This document shows positions 10,744-21,125 of a stretch of 64,000 nt of DNA, in pieces. The position numbers and the translations under genes are program-made. This stretch comes from Vulcanimicrobiota bacterium. GTDB lineage: Bacteria; Vulcanimicrobiota; Vulcanimicrobiia; Vulcanimicrobiales; Vulcanimicrobiaceae. The DNA lies in contig CAWCIZ010000004.1 in the NCBI GenBank assembly GCA_963795855.1, positions 250,864 to 314,863 on the forward strand, written 5' to 3'. The notes under the pieces are model-generated. The model worked only from the letters and a program-made list of their open reading frames with translations. It was not told where the DNA came from and searched no databases. The stretch's first letter is position 1. Each line of letters begins with the position of its first letter.

Positions 10744-12186
10744 ATGCCAAACATCGGAATCAGTTTCACGCTCATCATGCGGCTTGAAATGCCGAACAGC
10801 CCCGGCGCTTTCAATCAACTCGCGTCGGCCATCGGCGATGGGGGCGGCGTGATCGCCGCCGTCGACATGCGGTCAGTGACGAAAACGCACGTCGTCCGCG
10901 ACGTGACGGTCAACGTCAGTTCGGACGTCATCGGCAAAGCCGTGCGCGAATCCGTCGAAGGTTTGGAAAACGTCAGCGTCATCAGCGTTTCGGACAGCAC
11001 GTTTCTCGCGCATCTGGGCGGCAAAATTCAGGTCGAGCCGAAGATCCCGGTCAAAACGCGACAGGATTTGTCCACGGTGTATACGCCGGGCGTCGCGCGG
11101 GTGTCGATGGCAATCGCCGCGGATCCGTCCAAAGCGTTCAATCTGACGATCAAACGCAACTGCGTCGCCGTCGTCTCCGACGGTACGGCGGTGCTTGGCT
11201 TGGGCGATATCGGGCCGCTCGGCGCGTTGCCGGTGATGGAAGGCAAGGCAATGCTGTTCAAGCAGTTTGCCGGCATCGACGCATTTCCGATTTGCTTGGA
11301 CACCAAAGACGTCGACGAGATCGTCGAAACCGTCGCGCGCATCGCTCCCGTCTTCGGCGGCATAAATCTGGAAGATATTTCCGCACCGCGCTGCTTCGAA
11401 GTGGAACGGCGTCTCATAGAAACGCTCGACATTCCGGTGATGCACGACGATCAGCATGGGACCGCCGTCGTCATCATGGCCGCGCTTATCAACGCGGCCA
11501 AAGTCGTGGGCAAGCAGCTGGAGGATCTGCAGATCGTCGTGGCCGGCAGTGGCGCGGCTGGGACGGCGACTATAAAAATGCTGCTCGGAGCCGGCGTGCG
11601 CGACGTCATTCCCGTCGATCGCGCCGGCGCGCTCAACCGCACGGATCGGTACGAAAACTCGCACTGGCGGTGGTTGGCGGAGAACACGAACCGCGAAAAC
11701 CGGCGAGGCTCGCTGCACGAGGTGCTGCGCGGAGCGGACGTCTTCATCGGCGTTTCAGCGCCGGGGATTCTCCAGGTGGAAGACATCGGCTCCATGGCGC
11801 GGGATCCGATCGTGTTCGCGATGGCCAATCCGACGCCCGAGATCATGCCGGACGCGGCGTCCGGCCACGTCGCGGTCATTGCGACGGGCCGCTCCGATTT
11901 TCCCAATCAGGTGAACAATCTGCTGGCGTTTCCGGGAATATTCCGCGGTGCTCTGGACGCGAGGGCCAGCCGGATCACCGAGAAGATGAAACTGGCAGCA
12001 GCGCACGCAATCGCCTCGATCGTAACGGAGGACGAACGCAGTCCAGAGTATATCATTCCGAGTGTTTTCGACGTGCGCGTCGTCGAAGCAGTGGCCAAAG
12101 CGGTTGCCGGGGCGGCCGTGGATGAGGGAGTCGCCCGCCGCCAATTGGTATTGTCCGAGGGGGAAGACATCACCGCAGCGACTTGA
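10744..12186 (+). CDS. NAD(P)-dependent malic enzyme with N-terminal ACT domain
   Basis: 'YTPGVA', 'DGTAVLGLGDIG', 'PVMEGKA', 'INLEDI', 'HDDQHGTA', 'GRSDFPNQVNN'. Confidence 0.93.
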   Translation: MPNIGISFTLIMRLEMPNSPGAFNQLASAIGDGGGVIAAVDMRSVTKTHVVRDVTVNVSSDVIGKAVRESVEGLENVSVISVSDSTFLAHLGGKIQVEPKIPVKTRQDLSTVYTPGVARVSMAIAADPSKAFNLTIKRNCVAVVSDGTAVLGLGDIGPLGALPVMEGKAMLFKQFAGIDAFPICLDTKDVDEIVETVARIAPVFGGINLEDISAPRCFEVERRLIETLDIPVMHDDQHGTAVVIMAALINAAKVVGKQLEDLQIVVAGSGAAGTATIKMLLGAGVRDVIPVDRAGALNRTDRYENSHWRWLAENTNRENRRGSLHEVLRGADVFIGVSAPGILQVEDIGSMARDPIVFAMANPTPEIMPDAASGHVAVIATGRSDFPNQVNNLLAFPGIFRGALDARASRITEKMKLAAAHAIASIVTEDERSPEYIIPSVFDVRVVEAVAKAVAGAAVDEGVARRQLVLSEGEDITAAT

Positions 12187-12231
12187 TATGGGGCCCCGCG
12201 CGCGAAGTTTGCGCAACTTAAAAGGAGACGT

Positions 12232-12924
12232 ATGCCGCAGGCCAAGATTCTCGTAATCGAGGACGACGAAGACATCGCGAAGCTCGAACAGACCGTGCTC
12301 GAGCGCGCGGAGTACGAAGTGAAGGTGACCGGCTCCGGCGCCGAAGGGTTGGAACTGGCCGAGTCCTATAAACCCGATGTCGTTATACTCGACATCGGGC
12401 TGCCGGATATCTCGGGCCTCGACGTGTGCACGTCGCTTTCCAACTCGAACAATGCGTTCGTTTTGATGGTCAGCGGTCATTCGCGCGAGCAGGACGTGCT
12501 GCTCGGCCTGGGCCTGGGCGCCGACGATTATATCACGAAACCGTTTTCCGGCAACGAACTCGTCGCCCGCGTTGCCTCGTTCTTGCGGCGTCGCGAAAGA
12601 TACCTCGAGAAAAAAGAAGATGCCGGCGTACTGCAAGTCGGAACCGCGAAGTTAGTACGCGATTTTCACACGCTCAATAACGACAGCAGGAGCGTCTCGC
12701 TAACGGCGCTCGAATTTCGTCTGCTCTGGTTCCTCGCGGAAGCCGAGGGACGTTTGCTCACGCGCGCGCAGATTCTCGAACACGTCTGGAACGACACGTC
12801 GGGCGTGCCCACGCGCGTCGTCGACGTGCACATCGCGGCATTGCGCAAGAAACTTACCGAGGTCGGAGCACCGGTGGAGATTGCGAGCGTCCGCGGCATT
12901 GGCTATAGACTCGACACGAAGTAA
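12232..12924 (+). CDS. OmpR/PhoB-family response regulator
   Basis: Receiver 'IEDDED', 'LDIGLPD', 'GADDYITKPF'; wHTH 'RVVDVHIAALRKKL', 'VRGIGY'. Confidence 0.93.
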   Translation: MPQAKILVIEDDEDIAKLEQTVLERAEYEVKVTGSGAEGLELAESYKPDVVILDIGLPDISGLDVCTSLSNSNNAFVLMVSGHSREQDVLLGLGLGADDYITKPFSGNELVARVASFLRRRERYLEKKEDAGVLQVGTAKLVRDFHTLNNDSRSVSLTALEFRLLWFLAEAEGRLLTRAQILEHVWNDTSGVPTRVVDVHIAALRKKLTEVGAPVEIASVRGIGYRLDTK

Positions 12925-12993
12925 AAGGCGCATCCGCCCTTCGGGCTGCGCGCCCCCACACGCAAAGCGCGTGGGGCGCCCGGCCTTCGGCCC
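12925..12993. repeat. Dispersed palindromic repeat, reverse orientation relative to 9124-9280
   Basis: AAGGCGCATCCG...TGCGCGCCCCC-hairpin-GGGGCGCCC; homologous to 59825-59883; TTCG-loop hairpins. Confidence 0.65.
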
Positions 12994-13014
12994 CTCCCTC
13001 GAGTTGGGTGAGAG

Positions 13015-14467
13015 TTGGTAGCGTCTCTGAGATTAGACCCAGCAGACCCGCGTCCGCTCTACGTTCAAATCGCCGACGGCATCGTCGATGCAATCGACGC
13101 CGAACGCCTGCAGTCCGGCGATCGTCTTCCGGCTATGCGCGATTTGGCGCGCGAACTCGACTGCGCGCTGGTGACCGTTTCCCAAGCATACGAATTGCTG
13201 ACGGCGCGGGGGCGAACGATTTCGCGCGTCGGCAAGGGTACGTTCGTCGCGGAAACCGCGGCGGTTGGCGAACCCTTCGCGCGGCGCTGGGAGCCCGACC
13301 TCGGACGTCTAGCGCGGGCCGAACGCATGGAAGGCGTGATCGAGCAGCTGACGCGAGCCGATGCGCCGGGAACGATCACGCTCGCGTCGGGACACCCCGC
13401 GCCGGAAACGTTTCCTTTGCCGGATTTCGCCCGCGCGTTCCAGCGCACGCTCCTCGAGGACCCGGCCGAACTGATGCAATACCGTGCCGCGAGCGGCGAT
13501 CCCGATCTGTGCGAGACGCTGGCGGCGTTGCTGCGCTCTCGCGGGTGCAGTGCCGGCGCAAGCGATATCATCGTCTGTTCCGGCGCGCAGCAGGCAGCGG
13601 ATCTCGTCGCGACGGTGCTGCTGGAATCGCGCAGCGTCGTTGCGGCGGAGAGCCCGACTTATTCCGGAACGCTCGGCGTGTTCGACGCGCGCGGCGTGAC
13701 GTACGTCGAAGTCGCGAGCGATGCGGACGGCGTGCGCCCGGACGACGTCGAGCGCGTTTTCAGCGAATACCGTCCGCGGCTTTTTTACATCAATCCGATA
13801 GCGCAGAATCCGACCGGCGCGGTGCTTCCGCAGCGGCGCGCGAAACATATCGTCGGCCTCGCACGACGTTACGACGCGGTCATCCTGGAAGACCAGACCG
13901 GCTGGCAGCTCGCGTACGATGCGGCGGCACCGCCGCCGCTGGCGGCGTTCGATACCGACGGCCGTGTGATCGTGATGGAAAGTCTTTCGAAGTCGATTTT
14001 TCCGGCGCTTCGAATCGGCTATTTGTTCTGCAAAGGCGCGCTGGCGGACGCGTTGGAATTGGCCAAGGCGCGAACCGACGTGTTTACCTCGACCTTGACG
14101 CAGCGCGCGCTTTGGCGATTCATGAGCGGTGCGGCGTACGCGCGGCATCTGCGCTCCACGCGCAATCTCTATTTCGAACGGCGAAACGCTTTCGTCGATG
14201 CGCTCGCGCAACATCTACCATGGGCCGAAGCGCGCCCGCCCGCGGCCGGGTTGAACGTGTGGCTGCGGCTTCCACCGCGAATCTCGACGCAGGCTGCGTT
14301 CGACGCGTGCGCGCGTCAAGGCGTCCTCGTCATGCCGTCGGAACCGTTTTATCCAACGCGTCAGGGAGTATCCGGCGCTGCGCCTGTCGTTCGGTCATCT
14401 CGCCGTCGAAGATGCGAAAGAAGGCGTGCGCCGTCTCGCTGCCGCGCTCGGCAAGCTGAACGCATAA
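13015..14467 (+). CDS. MocR/GabR-type GntR regulator with PLP-dependent aminotransferase domain; frameshift near 14365
   Basis: HTH 'LPAMRDLAREL', 'GKGTFV'; 'QNPTG', 'SLSKSIFPALRIGY'; alternate frame ends ...LRLSFG...KLNA* (14465-14467). Confidence 0.9.
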
Positions 14468-14484
14468 GCGGGTATACGGCACCC

Positions 14485-14841
14485 ATGGAGTTCGTGTCCA
14501 AACAGCAGACGTATGAAGCAACGCGTAAACTGCTTCTTGAAAACGCCGCGCGGCTCGGCGACAAAGACGTCGAAGAAATTGCGCGCAACATGCAGATGGA
14601 CGGCGATCACTCGCTGTTGCCGGCATTGTATCAGCGCTTTCTCGACACGATCACTGCCGATCCGCTCGAACCGCAAGATGCGCTCGCAGCCGCGGCGGAA
14701 TTCATCGAAAACAACGTCGACGCGCGCGGAAAACCGCAACTCGCCGACCTGATCACCAGCGCCAAAACCACGTCGGACGATCCGGAGAAAGGCGACGGCG
14801 CCCTCTGGAATCATTGGATCGAACTGCTCGCTTCCGTCTAA
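14485..14841 (+). CDS. Hypothetical protein (118 aa)
   Basis: ATG 14485, typical codon use; appears fused to the MocR ORF only because of the upstream indel. Confidence 0.65.
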   Translation: MEFVSKQQTYEATRKLLLENAARLGDKDVEEIARNMQMDGDHSLLPALYQRFLDTITADPLEPQDALAAAAEFIENNVDARGKPQLADLITSAKTTSDDPEKGDGALWNHWIELLASV

Positions 14842-14904
14842 AGCCGGCAGTGCGAGCGAGCCGCGTGCAGGGGTGTCGCGGTGCGCGTTCGTAACGCACC
14901 GGAT

Positions 14905-17692
14905 GTGAAGTTGCGAGGTCTTACTTGCGCGGCGCTGGTTTTTGCGCTCATGGGCGCCGCGCCGCTGCCCACCGTCTATACCGCTCCCGCCGGTTCGCGC
15001 ATCGCGGGCGCGCCGAATCCGGCGCAGCCGTACAACGTCATTCTGCCGAACGGACGCATCGTCGCGCCGGTCGGAAGCAGCGTCGCCGTCGGTATGAACG
15101 CGCTGGGAATCACCGTTACGCCGGACGGCAACTACGCGATCCTCAGCAACGACGACGAACGCGAGCCGGATGCGCTCAGCCGAATCGTGCCGGGAGTTCG
15201 AGGCGGATATAGCTTAACCGTCGTGAGCACGGCGTCGATGACCGTTACGGACGTGTATCACGCCCCGAACGAAGCGTTTTTCCTGGGCGTTGCCGCGGTC
15301 AAAGATCCCGCCGATGACCAGCGCACGCTCGTGATCGCCTCGGGCGGACCGACGAATACCGTGCATTTCCTCGAACTGGACTCGGTCGGCAAACTGCACG
15401 AACTGACCTCACCGCTCGCGCTTTCGGAACCGTCCAACGAGCGCTACGCAAACCAGCATCACGCGTATCCGGGCTGGATCGCGCTCTCGCCCAATCAGCG
15501 TGTTGCGTACGTGGTCAACAATCTCGCGAACAGCGTCACGGCGATCGACCTGCGGACGCGCGCGGCAATGAGCACCGCGCCCGTCGGGTATTTCCCGTGG
15601 GCCGCCGTCGTGGCGGGACGGCATTTGTACGTGACGGATCCCGGCTTGATGATCTACGGCAACTTGCCGCAAGACGTTCGATATCCGCAGTTCGCCAACG
15701 TACCGTCGGCGCCGCAGTACGCATCGGCGCTCACCAACGTTCCGCTGAAGGCGGACGGCGACGTCGCAAAGGCGGGCATCAGCGCGACGCGCATGGACGC
15801 GCCGCCCGACGGCAGCGACAACGTCGGCGGAGCGCATCCGTCCGCGATTGCCGTTTCGAAAAACGGCCGATACGCATACGTCTGCATGACCAACGTCGAC
15901 CGTGTCGCGGTCCTGGACTTGCATGCGGGAGCGCGCGTGGTCGGCGGAATTCAGCTGCGCCTTTTCGACAAGGCGCCGTACGGGACGCAGCCGGATGCAA
16001 TCGTCCGCAGCCCCAACGGAAAACGCTTGTATGTCGCACTCGCCGGCATGGACGCGATCGCGGTTCTCGATTCGACGAATCCGCGCAGCCTGCACCGCCT
16101 CGGTTTGATTCCGACGGGATGGTATCCGACGGCCCTGGCGATGTCGCGCAGCGGCCGGTATCTGTTCGTCGCGAACGCCAAAGGCTTCGGGCAAGAGCCG
16201 CGCTTCGAGGGCGGACCGCCGTACCGCACGGGTCCCGGCGGCCGCATCTATCAGGCGGAAGAGGACAGCAACGTCGTTTGGGCGACGTTGCAGCGCATCG
16301 ACATGCACAAGTTGCCGCTGCAGAAAACGACGATGTCCGCGCTGCGGTATTTGCGTATCGCGCAACGGCCGGCGCCGAATGCGGTCGTGCCGCCGATGCG
16401 ATCGCAGCAGCGCAGCAGCGTCATCAAACACGTCGTGTTCATCTTGGAAGAGAACAAAACGTACGATTCGATGCTGGGGGATCTGACCGACGGTCAAGGT
16501 CACTGGTACGGCGCCGGCGATCCTTCGCTGGTCTCATTCGGTGAAAGCGTCACCCCGAATCTGCACGCGCTCGCGCGCGAGTATGCGCTCGCGACGAATT
16601 TGTACGCCGACTCCGAAGAGTCCGATGCGGGACACCAATTCGCGGCGGGCGGCATCGCGACGGCGTATACGGAGAAGACGCTCCTCGTAAAGAGCGGACG
16701 AACGCCTCTGGTCAACAAGAACGAAGATCCCGAAGACTATCCGCGGGCCGGATACGTCTTCAACGCAGTCTGCTCGCGCGGGTTTGACTTATCGCGACTA
16801 CGGCGACCTGGTGCGGCTCTCCGGCTACGATGAAGGGCGCAGCGTGGATCCGCGCGTCGACGATCCAAACTTTCAGGACGACTCCGACACGTCCGCGCCC
16901 ACGAGCGGCCTTGGCGGGTTATATTCGCTCGATGTGCCCGCACTTGCCGCGTTGGGTGGCCACATCGACACGAACTATCCCGGATGGAATCTGCGCATTC
17001 GCGACGTGCGGCGCGCGAAAGAGTTTATCCGCGACTACGGCGCGTTGGAACGCCGAAACGCCGTTCCGGATTTCACGTACGTCTGGCTTCCGGACGACCA
17101 CGGCGGGTTCGGTCCGGACATCCCGCCGTTGCCGGAAGAAGTTGCCGACGGCGATCGCGCGCTCGGTATGATCGTCGATTTTCTCACGCATCAGCCAACG
17201 TGGAGTTCCACCGCGATCTTCATCACGCCGGATGATGCACAGAGCTCGCGCGATCACGTCAGCGAACATCGAACGTACGCGGTCGTCGTCTCACCGTACG
17301 CGCGCCGCAGATATCTCGGGCAGGCGCATCTCTCGACCGTCAGCATACTCAAAACCGAAGAAGAGCTGCTCGGCCTCCCGGCGCTTTCGCTCGGCGATCT
17401 GCTCGCGACCGACATGTCGGGATTCTTTCAATCGACGCCCGACGACGCGCCGTTCACGGCGCTCCCGGTGGCGGAGCAGACGGGCAGCATCGAGGGGCGG
17501 CGAATCGCGGCCTTGCTGGGACGCACGGACCAGAGTGGTCCGGATGCCGACGTCGAACGTTCAGCCGCAATCATCGACTTCGCGCGCCGCGCCGATGCCC
17601 TCGCGGCGCGCCGCGGCGCCATGGCGCCGGCGGTTTACGCCGCTCGGCAAAACGCTCTCTACGAGGCGGCAATTCGCGCACTCGACGACTAA
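14905..17692 (+). CDS. YncE-like beta-propeller fused to phosphoesterase/alkaline phosphatase-family domain; frameshift near 16785
   Basis: Propeller repeats 'VGYFP', 'IPTGWYPTALA..LFVANAKG'; 'IKHVVFILEENKTYD', 'TPNLHALA', 'WLPDDH', 'DDAQ..RDHV'. Confidence 0.85.
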
Positions 17693-17695
17693 AGA

Positions 17696-18535
17696 TTGGA
17701 AATGACGCAGACAGTAAGTTACGGACCGCGCCTGGCGGCGCACCCGACCGGCGCCCTTCGCTCCGCATTGCTGGTAGCACCGGGACCGGCACTTGAGAAC
17801 GCTCGACCGTTGTCCGGCGAGTTGAACGCAATTGCCCCTCGTGCACGAGCGCAACAGGAAATCCTCGCGAAAACCCTCCGGTATTTCGGCTGCGAGGTAA
17901 CGGTGCTCGAAAGTTCGAGTCAGGATCCGTATGCGTGCGCAGCCGTGAATGCGGCGGTGGTGTTCGAAAACGGCGTGGTCATCATGCGGCCCAGCTCGAT
18001 GACGGCACGTCCGCAGACCGCTTGGCTCGAAAACGAGCTGGTGAAGCGCGACATTCCGATAGCCGGGCACATTGCCGCGCCGGCGTTGCTCGATGGCTCC
18101 GACGTGCTGCTTGTGGGCAGTACCGCATTCATCGGCGTGAGCGCGCGCAGCAATGCGCTTGGAAGAAGCGGCTTCGCGCAGATCGCCAAGGCGCACGGGT
18201 TCGCCGTGCGCGAAGTGCGCATCCGCGACGGTGCGGCGCACTTACGCGCGCTCGCGGGCGCTCTGTCGTCCGATTCCGTCGTGCTTGGACCGGAAAGCAG
18301 CATCGATCACGCGGCGTTCGAGGGTTTCAAGGTTCTCGTCGCACCGCTCGGACACGAACGCGGCGCGGGCGTGCTGAACATCGGCGAGCATCACGTCGTC
18401 GCAAACGTGCGCTATCCAAGCGTCGTCGATATACTTCGCCGCGCGAGCATCGTCGTCGAAGCGATCGATCTCCACGATTTCGGCCGTGTGGGCATCGCGC
18501 CGTCCATGCTGGCAGTCGATCTGAAGCGCGTGTAG
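17696..18535 (+). CDS. Amidinotransferase/DDAH (pentein) superfamily protein, catalytic Cys apparently absent
   Basis: 'LDGSDVL..G..FIGVSARSN..G', 'HL' motif; C-terminus 'DFGRVGIAPSML'. Confidence 0.75.
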   Translation: MEMTQTVSYGPRLAAHPTGALRSALLVAPGPALENARPLSGELNAIAPRARAQQEILAKTLRYFGCEVTVLESSSQDPYACAAVNAAVVFENGVVIMRPSSMTARPQTAWLENELVKRDIPIAGHIAAPALLDGSDVLLVGSTAFIGVSARSNALGRSGFAQIAKAHGFAVREVRIRDGAAHLRALAGALSSDSVVLGPESSIDHAAFEGFKVLVAPLGHERGAGVLNIGEHHVVANVRYPSVVDILRRASIVVEAIDLHDFGRVGIAPSMLAVDLKRV

Positions 18536-18548
18536 GGATTCCGCACGG

Positions 18549-19286
18549 ATGCGCATAGCGATCCTTTCCGACATCCACGGAAATCTCGTCGGCCTTGACG
18601 CGTGCCTGGCGGATTTGCAAGCGCAGGGCGGCGCCGACGTCACCGTCGTGGCCGGCGACTTGTGCATGGATGGTCCCAAGCCGAAAAAAGTACTGCAGCG
18701 CCTTCAGGATATCGGTGCGAAGTGTTTGCGCGGGAATACCGACCGGCTGGTCTGCACTTCCGATGGTTCGGAGCTGTCGGAGATCGACGAAGCGGAGCGC
18801 AAGCAACTCGTATGGACGCGCGAAGATCTCGGAGAGAAGTGGATCGCGTGGCTTGCCGCGCTGCCTTTCTCGCTTCGGTTCGGCGAGCCCGGAAACGAAC
18901 TGCTCGTGGTGCACGCCAATCCCTCGACCGACCACGACCATCTCTGGCCCGACGCCGACGACGACACCCTCGAACGGCTCATCGGTGAGGAGCAAGCGGC
19001 AATCATCGCGTTCGGCCACTTGCACTTGCCGTACGTGCGAGCCTGGCGCGGCAGATTGCTGGTGAACGTGGCCTCCGCGGGTTTGCCGAAGGACGGCGAT
19101 CCGCGTGCGGGCTACGCGATTCTGACGCAGTGCAGCAGCGGTTGGGAGGTCAAGCACCGCCGCGTTGCTTTCGACGTCAAGAAAGTTGCAACCCAATTGG
19201 CCGATTGCGGGATTCCGGAGAGTGCAGAATTGATTTCTACCTTGCGCCGGCACCGGTACAAAAGATTAAAGACGTACATACCATAA
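18549..19286 (+). CDS. Calcineurin-like metallophosphoesterase
   Basis: 'SDIHGN', 'GDL', 'RGNTD', 'HA', 'GHLH'. Confidence 0.9.
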   Translation: MRIAILSDIHGNLVGLDACLADLQAQGGADVTVVAGDLCMDGPKPKKVLQRLQDIGAKCLRGNTDRLVCTSDGSELSEIDEAERKQLVWTREDLGEKWIAWLAALPFSLRFGEPGNELLVVHANPSTDHDHLWPDADDDTLERLIGEEQAAIIAFGHLHLPYVRAWRGRLLVNVASAGLPKDGDPRAGYAILTQCSSGWEVKHRRVAFDVKKVATQLADCGIPESAELISTLRRHRYKRLKTYIP

Positions 19287-20020
19287 GGGCGAACGGGCAA
19301 ACGCCCGCGATCGAAGTTTCCCACATCGTCAAACGCTACGGGGATTTCACCGCCGTGGACGATATTTCGCTGCGTGTCGAAGCCGGCGATTTCTTCGGCT
19401 TTCTGGGGCCGAACGGCGCAGGGAAGACCACGTCGATCAATGCCATCGTCGGGCTTGCGCGTTTGACTGCCGGCTCGATCTCGATTTTCGGTCACGATAC
19501 GGTGCAGGATTGGCGCGCCGCGCGCCGGCTCGTCGGCTTGGCGCCGCAGGAATACAACTTCGACCGCTACCTCTCCATTCGCGACGTTCTCATTTACCAA
19601 GCGGGATACTTCGGGCTCAAACCGCGCGAAGTGGCCGATCGCGCGGACCTGCTGCTCGAGCGATTCGGCCTTGCGTCCAAAGCCAAGCAGGAGTACATGA
19701 AACTCTCGGGCGGCATGAAGCGGCGTCTCACGCTCGCGCGCGCGCTGATTCACTCGCCGAAGTTGCTCATTCTCGACGAACCGACTGCCGGAGTCGACGT
19801 CGAATTGCGGCTCGAACTCTGGGATTTGCTGCGCGAACTGAACGGCGACGGAATGACGGTGTTCCTCACCACGCATTACCTCGAAGAAGCGGAGGCGCTT
19901 TGCCGCAACATCGGCATCATTCGTGCCGGCAAACTGGTTGCTCTCGAACCCACCCGCGCTCTGCTCGAGCGTGAAGGCAAACGCTTGCAGGACGTGTTTC
20001 TCGAGCTGACGCGATCGTGA
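19283..20020 (+). CDS. ABC transporter ATP-binding protein (YadG-like); start codon uncertain
   Basis: Walker A GPNGAGKT, LSGGMKRR, Walker B ILDEPTAGVD, H-loop TTHY. Confidence 0.92.
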   Translation: MRANGQTPAIEVSHIVKRYGDFTAVDDISLRVEAGDFFGFLGPNGAGKTTSINAIVGLARLTAGSISIFGHDTVQDWRAARRLVGLAPQEYNFDRYLSIRDVLIYQAGYFGLKPREVADRADLLLERFGLASKAKQEYMKLSGGMKRRLTLARALIHSPKLLILDEPTAGVDVELRLELWDLLRELNGDGMTVFLTTHYLEEAEALCRNIGIIRAGKLVALEPTRALLEREGKRLQDVFLELTRS

Positions 20021-20790
20021 TTGCGACGTTCAACAGCGTGGCGATGTTCACGCTGGTCAAGCGCGAAATGGTGCGCAGCCTGAAAATCATCAATCAGGTG
20101 ATCTGGCCGCCGATTATCACGACGGTATTGTACGTCACGATTTTCGGCCTCGCCCTCGGCAGCCGAATTAAAAACGTTCAAGGCGTTTCTTACGCCGAGT
20201 TCCTTATTCCGGGCCTTATCATGCTGCAAGTGATCGATTCGTCCTATGCGGAGTGCAGCAGTTCGGTATTCCAAGGGCGGTTTATGAACTCGATTCAGGA
20301 ACTGCTCATCGCGCCGATGTCCGCCCCGGAGATGGTCTTCGGCTACATCTTCGGCAGCGTAGCGCGCGCGCTGCTGATTGCGAACATCATCATGGCGCTG
20401 GGCTATTTCTTCGTGCACACGCTGCCGTCGAACTGGGCGCTGTACTTCGGCGCAATGATCGCCGTTGCGGTGCTGTTTTCCGCGCTCGGCATCATCTTCG
20501 GTCTGCTCGCCGAGAAATTCGACCACCTCGCGGTCTTGACCACGTTCGCCATCACGCCGCTCGTGTTCGTCGGCGGCGTCTTCACTTCTGCAACGCAGCT
20601 TCCCGTGCGAATACGCAATCTGGAGCTGATCAATCCTATGTTCTACACCGTGGACGCATTCCGCCATAGCTACACCGGCCAGAGCTATTTGCCGCTCTGG
20701 CTTTCGCTCAGCGTGATCTGCGGTCTCATGATCGCCGCCCTCGCGATTGCGTTGCGCATGGCGACGATCGGGTACAAGTTGCGTACATGA
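20017..20790 (+). CDS. ABC-2 type transporter permease (YadH-like)
   Basis: Six hydrophobic segments, 'FLIPGLIM', 'NPMFYTVDAFR'; GTGA overlap with the ATPase. Confidence 0.9.
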   Translation: MIATFNSVAMFTLVKREMVRSLKIINQVIWPPIITTVLYVTIFGLALGSRIKNVQGVSYAEFLIPGLIMLQVIDSSYAECSSSVFQGRFMNSIQELLIAPMSAPEMVFGYIFGSVARALLIANIIMALGYFFVHTLPSNWALYFGAMIAVAVLFSALGIIFGLLAEKFDHLAVLTTFAITPLVFVGGVFTSATQLPVRIRNLELINPMFYTVDAFRHSYTGQSYLPLWLSLSVICGLMIAALAIALRMATIGYKLRT

Positions 20791-21119
20791 TGCTCGTCGG
20801 GCTCGTTACGCTGCTGCTAGCGCCGTGGCATGGACCATCGGTTCCGACTGCCGCGCCGAACGCAGCGAAATACAAACTCGTCGTGCGCGGTGCGCCGGCG
20901 CAACAGGTACGGCTTCATACCGCATCTTTACCGCACGGCTGGATCGCCTCGTTTTGCACGCCGGCGTTCTGCTCGCCCTTCGCCTATACGGTTCGGTTGA
21001 ATGCGCGCGGCAGCGCCGTCATCGAGTTTCAAGCCCTCCGCACGCAAGACTCCGCGCCGCGCCACACGCGCATTACGGTCTTTGCTTCCGATGCTGCGCC
21101 CCTCGACATTCGCGTCTAG
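20787..21119 (+). CDS. Hypothetical secreted protein
   Basis: ATGA overlap, signal-like N-terminus, 'GWIASFCT..FCS'. Confidence 0.6.
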   Translation: MMLVGLVTLLLAPWHGPSVPTAAPNAAKYKLVVRGAPAQQVRLHTASLPHGWIASFCTPAFCSPFAYTVRLNARGSAVIEFQALRTQDSAPRHTRITVFASDAAPLDIRV

Positions 21120-21125
21120 CGGCCT

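Noticed and set aside
13015..14841. 608-aa MocR fusion with an extra C-terminal domain
   Set aside because: An indel near 14365 joins two genes; the true MocR end (LRLSFG...*) is in another frame at 14467.
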